Part shown: one piece after another, positions 25,433 through 35,600 of the stretch
How the letters are laid out: each line of letters begins with the position of its first letter
How positions within the stretch are numbered: the first letter of the stretch is position 1
DNA from: Candidatus Parcubacteria bacterium
GTDB lineage: Bacteria > Patescibacteriota > Patescibacteriia > Patescibacteriales > UBA12075
Direction of reading: 5' to 3'
Length of the DNA: 64,000 bases
Assembly (NCBI GenBank): GCA_002869165.1
Contig: PKTK01000001.1
Span: 93,006-157,005 of the forward strand
Program-made: the position numbers and the translations under genes
Notes under the pieces: model-generated
Told to the model about the DNA's origin: nothing
The model's input: only the letters and a program-made list of their open reading frames with translations
Databases searched by the model: none

Positions 25433-25479
25433 CATAATAGATATGGGTATATATTCAAAATTATGTTATTACTCATAAT
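25421..25479 (+). promoter_or_regulatory. Direct repeats overlapping the promoter (putative operator)
   Basis: TGGGTATATA at 25421-25430 and 25444-25453 (23-bp phase). ACTCATAAT at 25430-25438 and 25471-25479. Confidence 0.45.
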
Positions 25480-25502
25480 CTCTAGAAAGAGGGGTGGTAA
25501 AT

Positions 25503-25679
25503 ATGCCAAATAGAAATGGAACCGGGCCAGAAGGAAAAGGTCCCCGAACTGGTAGAGGTCTAGGTCCTTGTGGAGAAGGGCAGGCCAATGCAACTAGAGG
25601 ACAAGGTTTTGGAAGAAGTATGGCAAGAGGTATGGGAGCTAGAAGAAGGGCTGAACTTGGGAATAATGAGCAAAAGTAA
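25503..25679 (+). CDS. DUF5320-family Gly/Arg-rich small protein
   Basis: MPNRNGTGPEGKGPRTGRGLGPCGEG matches the remembered DUF5320 N-terminal signature (MPrgDGTGPxGxGPxTGRGxGxC). RBS agaggggtgg. ATG at 25503. Confidence 0.7.
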   Translation: MPNRNGTGPEGKGPRTGRGLGPCGEGQANATRGQGFGRSMARGMGARRRAELGNNEQK

Positions 25680-25743
25680 ATCTGGCCATTAAACCCATAA
25701 AAGATTTGTTTATTAAACAAGTCTTTTGGGGTATGATAAATAT

Positions 25744-26052
25744 ATGAGAAAAAGAAGAGGCAGACCTTGTCTTAAGAGACGAGTGTCAATAAAACCAAAG
25801 ATAAGATATTTTAAACCGCAAGGCATTCCAGCGGCAACTCTTGATATACTTGATCTAAGCTATGAAGAATTAGAGGCTTTAAGGTTGAAAAATATTCAAG
25901 AATTAGACCAGAAGGAATGTGCTGAAAAAATGAAAACTTCAGTTTCGACCTTCCAAAGAATTTTATATTCAGCCAGTAAAAAGGTGACTTTGGCTTTAGT
26001 TGAAGGAAAAGCAATAAAGTTATGTAAAGAAAAAAAATATGAAAACGAATAA
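25744..26052 (+). CDS. DUF134 (UPF0251) predicted DNA-binding protein
   Basis: RGRPCLKRRVSIKPKIRYFKPQGIP...LSYEELEALRLKNIQELDQKECAEKMKTSVSTFQRILYSASKKVTLALVEGKAI. Confidence 0.8.
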   Translation: MRKRRGRPCLKRRVSIKPKIRYFKPQGIPAATLDILDLSYEELEALRLKNIQELDQKECAEKMKTSVSTFQRILYSASKKVTLALVEGKAIKLCKEKKYENE

Positions 26053-27001
26053 ATATAGACTGAAAAATTTTTCTATTAGTTTTTTAGCTATTGTGCTAGG
26101 AATGATGGGCTTTAGTTTAGCTTTTCAAAAGACCGAAGAAAGTTTTTTGCAAACGAATAATTTATATTATTATCCATTGATTTTTACATGGTTATTATTT
26201 TTATTGGTTGTTTTTTTCTATATACTAAAAATAGTAAAATTTCCCGAAGAATTCAAAAAAGAATTTTTACATCCTATTAAAATAAATTTTTTTCCAATTT
26301 TGGCCAAGATCTTTTTGCTTTTAAGTGTAATATATTTAGCCATTAATATGGATATTTCCCGATATTTTTGGTATATCGGTGCAGGATTACAGTTATTTTT
26401 TTCCTTTTTGATTCTGTCTATTTGGATAAGAGGAAAAAACATGGATTGGAAATTTTTAAATCCAGCTTGGTTTATACCTATAGTTGGTAATGTGATCGTG
26501 CCAATTGCTGGTGTGGCTCATGGTTATACCGAAATATCATATTTTTTCTTTAGTATCGGCCTAGTAATGTGGCTGGCTTTGTTTGTGGTTGTGTTCAACA
26601 GAATTATTTTTCACCATCCTATTCCTGATAAATTATTACCTACTTTTTTTATTTTGTTTGCTCCTCCTGCTATTGCCTTTATAGCCTATATCAAACTTAG
26701 TTCTAGTTTTGATGTTTTTGCCAGGGTTCTTTATTATATCTCTATGTTTTTGTTTGTTTTGATAATACTCCAGTTCAAAATGTTTTTAAAAATTAAATTT
26801 TATCTTTCTTGGTGGGCCTATTCTTTTCCTTTAGCAGCTGTAACTATTGCCAGTTTATTATTTTTTCATGTTTCTGGAATAGAATTTTTTAAATATGTTT
26901 CTATTTTATTATTTTTATTTTTGAATTTAGTAATATTTTACCTTCTGTATAGAACCGTCAAGGCTATAGTTAATGCAGAAATCTGTGTAGAAGAAGATTA
27001 G
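26039..27001 (+). CDS. TehA/SLAC1 (TDT) family anion channel/transporter
   Basis: 10-TM protein. FSISFLAIVLGMMGFSLAF and NPAWFIPIVGNVIVP motifs. Overlaps the DUF134 gene by 14 nt. Confidence 0.8.
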   Translation: MKTNKYRLKNFSISFLAIVLGMMGFSLAFQKTEESFLQTNNLYYYPLIFTWLLFLLVVFFYILKIVKFPEEFKKEFLHPIKINFFPILAKIFLLLSVIYLAINMDISRYFWYIGAGLQLFFSFLILSIWIRGKNMDWKFLNPAWFIPIVGNVIVPIAGVAHGYTEISYFFFSIGLVMWLALFVVVFNRIIFHHPIPDKLLPTFFILFAPPAIAFIAYIKLSSSFDVFARVLYYISMFLFVLIILQFKMFLKIKFYLSWWAYSFPLAAVTIASLLFFHVSGIEFFKYVSILLFLFLNLVIFYLLYRTVKAIVNAEICVEED

Positions 27002-27027
27002 TGTTAATAATTAATTAAGATAAATTT

Positions 27028-27303
27028 ATGAGTAACCATGAAGAAATTTCAAAGATTAAGCCAGAATCTTTGGACAAAATTCGAGCTAGTCAGTCTCTTC
27101 GGGAGGAATTAGAGGCTGTCGAGTGGTATCAAGAAAGGATTGATGCTACTCAGGATGAGGAATTAAGAAAAATCCTTGAACACAATCGTGATGAAGAAAA
27201 GGAACACGCAGCTATGTTAATTGAGTATTTACGAAGAAAAGACAAAGAGTTTGAAAAAGAACTAAAAGATTATCTTTTTAGCGAAAAAGATATTTCTCAT
27301 TAA
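27028..27303 (+). CDS. Small ferritin-like (EncFtn-type) protein
   Basis: LREELEAVEWYQERIDATQDEELRKILEHNRDEEKEHAAMLIEYL gives an ExxH/EE di-iron ligand pattern on a two-helix protein of 91 aa. Confidence 0.6.
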   Translation: MSNHEEISKIKPESLDKIRASQSLREELEAVEWYQERIDATQDEELRKILEHNRDEEKEHAAMLIEYLRRKDKEFEKELKDYLFSEKDISH

Positions 27304-27414
27304 GATTTTAAGTGTTTATTTCTAGGGAAGAACATGTCTAGCGGCATGTTTTTTCTTTTTTGGGTAAAATTTGTTATAATATAAACAGATATTAATCCTA
27401 AAAAAAGAAAATAA

Positions 27415-29277
27415 ATGATGAAACTAGGACAACATAAACAAAAAAGCTTTCGAGTAAAGCTGATTTTTATTTTTCTTTTTGTTGCTATGGTGCCATTGAT
27501 TGCAGTTGCTTGGTCAAATTTTTATCTGGTTACTCAAAATCGTGAACAAAATGTTTTGGAGTTACAGAGATTAGCCTTAGCTAATGCTGAAGACAAGGTT
27601 TCTCGACTTTTTAATGAAAAAATTGATAATCTTCAGTTAGTTGTTTCAGCTCCGATTGACACGTTGTATCAATTGCGCGCTAGTGATATTAAGTTTTTAC
27701 TGGAAAGTTCATTTTCACCAGGGTATTACAAAAGACTGGATATGATTGATAAAACTGGTAATTTACTGGCAACTATTGGCAAAGACTCTGATTTTTCAAT
27801 AAACAAAATCTATTTGGATAATTTTTCTTCAACTAGTCCTTATGTAAGCGAGCTAGAGTCTATGATAGATGAAAAAAAGGCTGTGTATTTTTCGGGCATT
27901 GAGGGCGACCTCAAAAATTTGCCTGATTTTCAGACAGCTATTTTGGGGGATAATTATTTTGGACCCAAAGAGGAAGTTGATGGAGAAAGTGTTATGCGAA
28001 TAGCTTCGCAAATCATGAATTCGGAAAATGAAGTAATCGGAGTTATTTCAGCAGAAATAAACACTTTAGACATTCAGAAGCAAATAGAATTAATTCAAGT
28101 TGGTAATGAGGGCGGTATAATTATATTAGATAGTGAAGGATTGATAATTTATCAGAGTAAAAAAAGTCCCTTTTTGTATAAATCAGAGATGACAGTTTTT
28201 CCTTTGATAAATAAATTGATTGAAAAAAAACAAATTGGCGTAAGTTCTTATGAGGAATATATTTATAATGAAAAGCAAAGAGTTTTGTCTGGTAGATATT
28301 ATGAAAAGTTAAATTGGTATTTTTTGAGTGATTGGCCAGTGAAAGACGCTTTTTCTGTTGTTGGTAATTTGTTTTCGCAAACTTCAAAGATATTTTTTGG
28401 TATTATAGTTTTGGTGGTAGTTATTGCCTTAATTTTTTCCAGTCAAGTCACTAAACCAGTCAAAAAACTTACTGAAGGCGTAAAAAGGATCAAGGAAGGC
28501 AAACTTGATCAAGATATTAGCATTAAAACCGATGATGAATTTGAGGTTTTAGGAGAGCAATTTAATGAAATGACCAAGGTTTTGAAAGAAAACAAGGAAC
28601 TTAGGGACGAGTTTGTTTTTGTAGCGGCACATGAGCTTAGAACCCCGGTAACAGCCATCAAGGGGTATCTTTCAATGGTGCTTGAAGGAGGTTTTGGGGA
28701 GATAAATGACAAAACTAAAGATGCTTTAATGATCTGTAATAAGTCGAATGAAAGGTTAGTCCAGTTGGTGCAAGATCTTTTGGAGATTGCTAGATCTGAG
28801 GCTGGCAGAATGAAGATCGAGCTTAAGAAAAATAATATCAATGAGCTGATTGACACAACCATAGGGGAACTAAAAAGTTTGTCAGATGAGAAGGGAATCA
28901 AGGTATCTTATAAAAATGAGGGTGACAGACCAGTATTAGCTGATCAGGCCAAGCTACAAGAAGTCTTGGTCAATATAGTTGGTAATGCTATAAAATACAC
29001 CAAAGGAGATGGAGATATCGAAATTTGGCATGAAGAAAAAGAAGAGTTTTTAGTCACCCACATTAAAGATCATGGTATTGGTATGACAAAAGAAGAAGTT
29101 GACCAACTGTTTTCTAAATTTTATCGAGCACAGAATGAAGATACAGCCAATATTCAAGGAACAGGTTTAGGGCTTTTTATATGTAAAGAAATAATAAACA
29201 AAATGAAAGGAGAAGTTTGGGTTGAATCAGAAAAAGGTAAAGGGTCTGTTTTTAGTTTTAAATTAAAAAAAGAGTAA
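27415..29277 (+). CDS. Sensor histidine kinase (Cache-like ectodomain, HAMP, HisKA, HATPase_c)
   Basis: TM1 (LIFIFLFVAMVPLIAVAW), ~280-aa ectodomain, TM2, HAMP. H-box FVAAHELRTPVTAIKGY, N-box VGNAIKYT, G-boxes DHGIGM and GTGLGLFICKEII. Confidence 0.9.
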   Translation: MMKLGQHKQKSFRVKLIFIFLFVAMVPLIAVAWSNFYLVTQNREQNVLELQRLALANAEDKVSRLFNEKIDNLQLVVSAPIDTLYQLRASDIKFLLESSFSPGYYKRLDMIDKTGNLLATIGKDSDFSINKIYLDNFSSTSPYVSELESMIDEKKAVYFSGIEGDLKNLPDFQTAILGDNYFGPKEEVDGESVMRIASQIMNSENEVIGVISAEINTLDIQKQIELIQVGNEGGIIILDSEGLIIYQSKKSPFLYKSEMTVFPLINKLIEKKQIGVSSYEEYIYNEKQRVLSGRYYEKLNWYFLSDWPVKDAFSVVGNLFSQTSKIFFGIIVLVVVIALIFSSQVTKPVKKLTEGVKRIKEGKLDQDISIKTDDEFEVLGEQFNEMTKVLKENKELRDEFVFVAAHELRTPVTAIKGYLSMVLEGGFGEINDKTKDALMICNKSNERLVQLVQDLLEIARSEAGRMKIELKKNNINELIDTTIGELKSLSDEKGIKVSYKNEGDRPVLADQAKLQEVLVNIVGNAIKYTKGDGDIEIWHEEKEEFLVTHIKDHGIGMTKEEVDQLFSKFYRAQNEDTANIQGTGLGLFICKEIINKMKGEVWVESEKGKGSVFSFKLKKE

Positions 29278-29280
29278 ATC

Positions 29281-29309
29281 TTGGAAAAAAATCTAAAAAG
29301 TGTTATAAT
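29281..29309 (+). promoter_or_regulatory. Extended -10 promoter
   Basis: TTGGAA (29281-29286), 17-nt spacer ending in TGT, TATAAT (29304-29309). Confidence 0.5.
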
Positions 29310-29335
29310 ATATTTATAATAAAATAACATTCCCA

Positions 29336-29623
29336 ATGCAAAACCTGAGAAAAAAGCTTCTGGCTTTTGATAAAAAACAGGATATTTTTCTATTTGTAAT
29401 ATTTTTAATACTACTAGCGCAGTTTATTGTGGCTAGTCTTTTTTTTGTAAAATTAAATAAAAAAGTTGAAAGATTAGAAACTTTGGCTAGTGATGCCTCA
29501 TATGCTGCCAATCAAACTGTTATTAAACAAGAGGAGTTAGAAACCAAGATAGAACAATTGCAGAATAGTAATATGATTTTACAATCACAGATATTAAGAT
29601 CTTCAGTAAGAAATAATAATTAA
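29336..29623 (+). CDS. Single-pass membrane coiled-coil protein
   Basis: 95 aa. TM helix IFLFVIFLILLAQFIVASLFFV followed by a coiled coil. Confidence 0.55.
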   Translation: MQNLRKKLLAFDKKQDIFLFVIFLILLAQFIVASLFFVKLNKKVERLETLASDASYAANQTVIKQEELETKIEQLQNSNMILQSQILRSSVRNNN

Positions 29624-29669
29624 TTATAATAAATTATTAAATAATATTGAACAAAAAAATAAATATTTT

Positions 29670-32600
29670 GTGGCTTCTTTGATAGTCATAATGTTATTTT
29701 GGAGTATAAATATTCCAATTTCATCTTTTATTAAAACTGTTCATGCTTCTGGAGGAGTTACCTCATCTTATATGTCGGAAGGTATGGATATTATGATGAC
29801 AAGCACTAGCACTTTATATGAAGTTGTAAAATTTAATGTTTATGATTCCTATTCGGGTTATTTGAATTCTCTTCGGGTGGATGTTGAGGACCTACCTGAA
29901 ACTACAGGTTTTTCACCAAATACGGACATCCCTTTAAGTAATACTGCCACAAGTTCTGGTATGTCTCTTTGGCGAGATGATGGAGACGGTGTTTTTGATC
30001 CTAGTAGTGATTCTCCAGCGCCATATGTTAGTAGTAACTGGTCATGGGACTCAAGTTATGGGTCATGGTTTGCAAATTTCAACAGTATAAATTCGACGGG
30101 AGATTTTGCTTATTCAGCAAACAACAACATGAAAATGTTCTTGGTTTTTAAACCAGGAGTTGTGTCATCTTCAACGATAAAAGGTTTTGACATTTCAATT
30201 CATGAATATAAAATGATGTTTGGTGGCGGCAGCAGCATTGGCACTTGGCCGTCTGCGAGTGATTATCAGTATTTTGGTCCTGTTTGGATAGGTACAGAAG
30301 GTGTTGGTGGCTGGGGAAACCCACTCATGATATCAGAAATAATGACAGCTAGTGGGGGAAGTACGGGGGATGAGTTTGTGGAAATATACAATAGAGCTGA
30401 CCAAACGGTACCATTGATGGATTGGAGTATTAAATCTGCGGATAAATCATCTTCGGGAAGTCTTACGTGGGCTACGACTTTGTATTCGTTTGCTTCTACT
30501 AGTGTAGATGAGGTAAATCCGGGAGGCTTTGCATTGTTTAGTAATGGTAGTGTTGGTACTACTACGGATTGGACGTTCTCCTCGGGAACCTTGAATGAAA
30601 CTGGTGGTTATGTTGGTCTATTCAATCCAATGGAAGAGCTTGTAGACTGGGTGGGCTATGGTACTTTGAGCGATGAAAGTTTAGCTGAAGGGGGGCAGGC
30701 TGCCCCAGCTCCGAGCGCTAGTTCTTCAATTGAGCGTAAAGCTTTTTATGATTCAACTGCTACTATGATGATGGATGGAGGAGTAGATCAGTATATGGGA
30801 AATTCGGAAGACTCAAATAATAACGCAGCAGATTTTGTTGTTCGTTCAATACCTGGTCCACAAAATAGAAATTCAGCAACAGAGATGCCCGGTGGAAGTT
30901 ATTCTAGTGGAGGTGATGATTCTCCAATTATAATCAATGAGGTTTATTACAATGATGATGCCACAAATCGTTGGGTGGAGATATTTAATAGATCGGATTC
31001 CCCGGTTGATTTAACAGGGCATTTTATGAAACATAAGGGCGGTTCGTCTTTTACTTTTCCTTCAATTTCGATTAATGGTGGAAGCTACAAAGTGATTCAT
31101 TGGAATAAGAGTGGCACCAATTCCGATCCAGATATTTATACAGGTACTATCGGTATGGACTTGGATACCTATGGTGGTGATCTAATCTTAAAGACGGCAA
31201 TTGATGGTGATATTTTAGATTATGTACAATATGGCAATAGTGGATACGCTAATGAATCAGAGGCTAGTAGTATGTATCAATGGCCAAGTGGTGATTTTGT
31301 TTCACAATGTTCTTGGCAATATTCAATTGGTCGTAATTCAGTTGAAGGATATGACTATAATGATAGTGCTGATTGGCAGTCTTATGCTTCACCAAGTCCT
31401 GGATCTCCGAATATGGGTGGAGATTCAACTGCGCCAACTGCAGTAACCTCTGTTGTCTTAAGTGATGCAGATAGCTCAACTAGTAGCGGCCTCGATGGTC
31501 GTGATATTACTATTGTTTGGAACCCAGCTACTACCCAAGATCCTACTTTTAATCGCTATGAAATTTACATACTACCTTATGATACACAAATAGACTGGAA
31601 TACTCATAAACCAATCGAGTCACTCTATAGTGGTCAATATCAATATGATTCAAATGGAGATCCAGTTGCTACCTATACATTTACTGGAGGAAGCTGGATA
31701 ACTATGGATAGTGCTGGGAACTTTTTTGCGGATGGATATTATAAGGCTTATATTTTGGTCTTTGATAATGCTGGTAATAAGTCTAGTGTTACTCAGTCAT
31801 CAAGTGTTTATTTGACTGGCGAAGAATATACAGCGAATGCTGATGTGACAGCTCCTTTTATCATGCACGTTGGAGTTTGGAATGCTTATAGTGGTAGCGA
31901 TCTACACTTGCTTGCTCGTTTTGAGGATGATCGAGAAATGAATATTTCTTTTCCTGCTCAAATTGCTTGGGAACAGGGAAGTGATTCTAGTTATCCTGTT
32001 TTGACTGATGGTGTTGCTCATACAGATTATTGTACTTTGATAGAGGATAGTTTTTATGACTGTACGATTCCTTGGGCTAGTCTTTCTTCTCCAGATACTA
32101 GCACAGTTATCGGATATTATTTGATAGCAAAAGATGCTGCTACTACACCGAATTTTTCCTATATGTCTTCTGATTGGGAGGCTACAAGTGCCAGTGCTGC
32201 TCAAGCTAGTCCTTTTTATATTGATATTATGTCTGTTCCTGCAGAAGACGGTAATGGTACCGCAGATTTGAGTGGTACAGTTTATAAGTGGGATGGTAAT
32301 TATTTGGCTTCTAGTACTGTTTTTCTTGAAGGAATGGCAATTGCTCCACAAACTACTAATGCCAGTGGAACTTTTGCTTTTGCTGATGATGTTCTAGATT
32401 ATGGTATGTACAATATTATGGTTTTTAAGGAGGGTTATATGAATATGGTAAATAGTGGTTACAAAGATGATACTGTTTCTTTTTGGTTAAACGAAGGTTA
32501 TATGGATTATAGCAGTGGTGGCTACGATGACGGAGGAAGTCCATATATAATGTGGACCGCTCCTGGCGATGGTATGTCAGGGGCACCGATTGACATATAT

Positions 32601-35600
32601 TGTACTAGCGATTGTTCTAGTATTGGTTCAGGTGAAGAACCTATAATAGTTGCTTTTGATCGGCCGATGAATTCTTCAACTATCAATGACCAGGATGCTA
32701 GTGATTCTACCTCTAATATTTATTTAACAACCAATGGCAACGACAGAATTAGTGGAAAAGTATATTATGATCCTAATTATAACGAGGCAAGATTTTATTC
32801 TACTACGCATGATTCTCTTTCAGTTGCTACTTATTATGAAATAGTTGTTACTCAAGGCGTCGAAGATGAACAGGGTAATTCTATAATGGGAGGTAATTCT
32901 GATGGGTCTTTTTCTAATAGTTTTACGACAATAATGTCGACTTCAACTGATTATTCTAATTATGGAACAGGTGAAATGAATCCACCATATGTAATGGGGA
33001 CTACACCAGCTCCAGGTACATTTAATGTTTCACCAAATCAATCAATTGTAGTTGAATTTTCTGAAGCTTTGGATTCTTCAACAATTAATTCTAGTTCAGT
33101 TATGGTAAGGCCAATAATAAATACGGCTAATTGGACCAAGGGTAGTTCAGTTGGTGCTACTGTTACTCTTGATCAATCAACTCGTCGTTTTGTTACAATT
33201 AATCCTAGTTCAGATCTAGCTGTTTATAATTGGTGGGTGATAGAAGTAAGAGGAAGTGTTTATAGTAGTGCAGGTGTGCCGATAATATATCCAGCTGATG
33301 GCTCAGTGGTTTTTTATGAATCAAATTTTCAGATTAACACTACCGCTACTGACACGACAGCACCAAGAGTGGCTGGGACATATCCAAGTAATTCAGACAC
33401 TGATATAAGCGTGGGCTTAGGAGCAGTTGAAGTTGGCTTTTCTGAGTCAATGGACTCTACTACAATAAATACTCAAAATATTAGGCTGTTAGCAGGTTCT
33501 AGTGCTGTCAGCGGTAAGGTAAGTTATGATCCGACATCCTATAATGCTAAATTTATTCCAGCTAGCTCACTTCTTGCAAATACTCAATATACATTTCGGG
33601 TTGGTACAAAAGTTATGGACATGGCAGGAAATAATTTGTTTGCAACCTCTACAATTTATTTTAAAACTGGTTCATCTGATATGATAGCTCCTTCAGTGAT
33701 GTATGCTAATGGTGATGATTACTCTGTTGCGATAACTTTTAGTGAACCAATGAATATAGCAAAGCAAACTGATACAAGTAAATGGCCTTATTCAGTTTTA
33801 AATCCTTCTAATTATTATGTTAATGCTATCCAAGAAGAAGTTTCTTCCTGGGGTGACTCAGTTACATATTTATCTCCCTATGATACAATGGACGGTACTT
33901 CCTTGTATGGTTTGGGATTAAGTTTTTCTTATGATGATTATAGCAATACGGTTTATATTGATGGTTTAAACTTTCCAAGTGGTACTCATAGTTTTCAGAT
34001 TTATGTAGACAATGCTAGAGACAGATCTAATAATGAGATTGCTGATTCTGGTAATCGAGCAGGTGATGGTTCATATCAAAATGCTGCTTTAGCCCCAATT
34101 TATGATAGTGCTGATACTGATGGTGCGCTTGGTCCGGCTTCGTATGATTATAATATGGATATGGGGGATATGGGAATGATGATGGCTGGAGCATTTCCTC
34201 AGAATTCTATTGCTGGGCAGAGTAGTGTTTACTATATTGATATTCCAACAATGAAATCAATTCCAGCAGGTGGAAAGATTCTGCTTACTTTTCCATCAGG
34301 GTTTAATGTCGGATCAGCTGTGAAAGATCCATATGCATCAATAAATAATGACATTAATGAATGGAACTTGGGCAAAGTTGAAATTGCTAGTGTAGTAGGA
34401 GATAGGGCAGCACGCACGATTGCTATTACTACTAAAACTAGCGCAACTCAGGCTAGTGATTATTTACATATGGATATTAAAGGAATCGTGAATTCTTTAA
34501 TACCAAAAGACTATGGTACAGAAGGGTACTTTGTTGATATTAAAACATTTACAAGTGATGGAGTGTTACTTGAGACTATATCGACTATGCCATTCTTCAT
34601 TTCTGAAAAAGGTGACAATACAATATCTGGCGAAATACATGGTGTTGCTAGTGGTGACACAGGAACAACAACTGTTTATCTTGGTTCTCCTATAACTGGC
34701 CCAATGGAAACAGACATTTATATTAGTGGTGATGGTGGAGCAGGTGCAGATGGTACTTATAGTTTTTCAAATTTACCTAATGGTGAATATTATATCTTTA
34801 CAGAATCTTCAATTTTACTTGGTAGTGCTACTTATTTTGGTAACACCGCCCCAGAACCTCTTTGGGTTTCTGCTTCAACTACCAAAGACATAAATTTAAC
34901 ATCAGAAACTTCTGGTGCTGTGGCAGCGGTCAAGGTTGTACTGACTGGAGATTTCAGCACAGATGGTAGTCCTGACGATGTTGATATATTTGCTAGTTCA
35001 CCCGACTCTTGGCGTAAGAAAACATTGTATAGCGTTGGCAACAGTAGTGGTACGGCTTCGACAACTCTTTATTTAACAGAAGGAGACTGGATGATTGGCG
35101 TTGGTCCGGCTGAGGATGTTTTGTCAGGATATATGACTATGCCAGATTGGATGCCACCAATGCCTGTGTATTATCATTCTGATGGAACTACACCTGATAC
35201 AATAAATGTTAGTATAGCTGGTCAGTCCGCTTATACGGTAAGTGGAACAGTAGTAGATGGTTCGAGTAATCCAATTGCTGATGCTGAGGTTTGGGCTTAT
35301 CAACCAATGGGTGGTTATGGAGGAGCTTTTACCAAAACAGCAACAGATGGAACTTTTACTTTGAAAATTCCAGTTGCTGGTGTCTATAATATGGGAGCCT
35401 ACAAGCAAGGTTTGCCAGAACCAAGGGAAAAAGTTATTGATGTAACTGGAAATATGACTGGACAAACAATTAAAATAACCAAACCTCCTTATACTATTTC
35501 TGGAAAAGTTGTTAATGCAACCGGGAATGCAGTTGCTTATGCTCCAGTATGGGCTTGGCAAGATGGAGATTGGGGACATGCAGACACCATGACAGATTCA

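Noticed and set aside
27028-27303. Encapsulin nanocompartment system, suggested by the EncFtn-like protein.
   Set aside because: No encapsulin shell (HK97-fold) gene is adjacent; the neighbours are a TDT-family channel and a histidine kinase. Only a stand-alone ferritin-like protein can be claimed.
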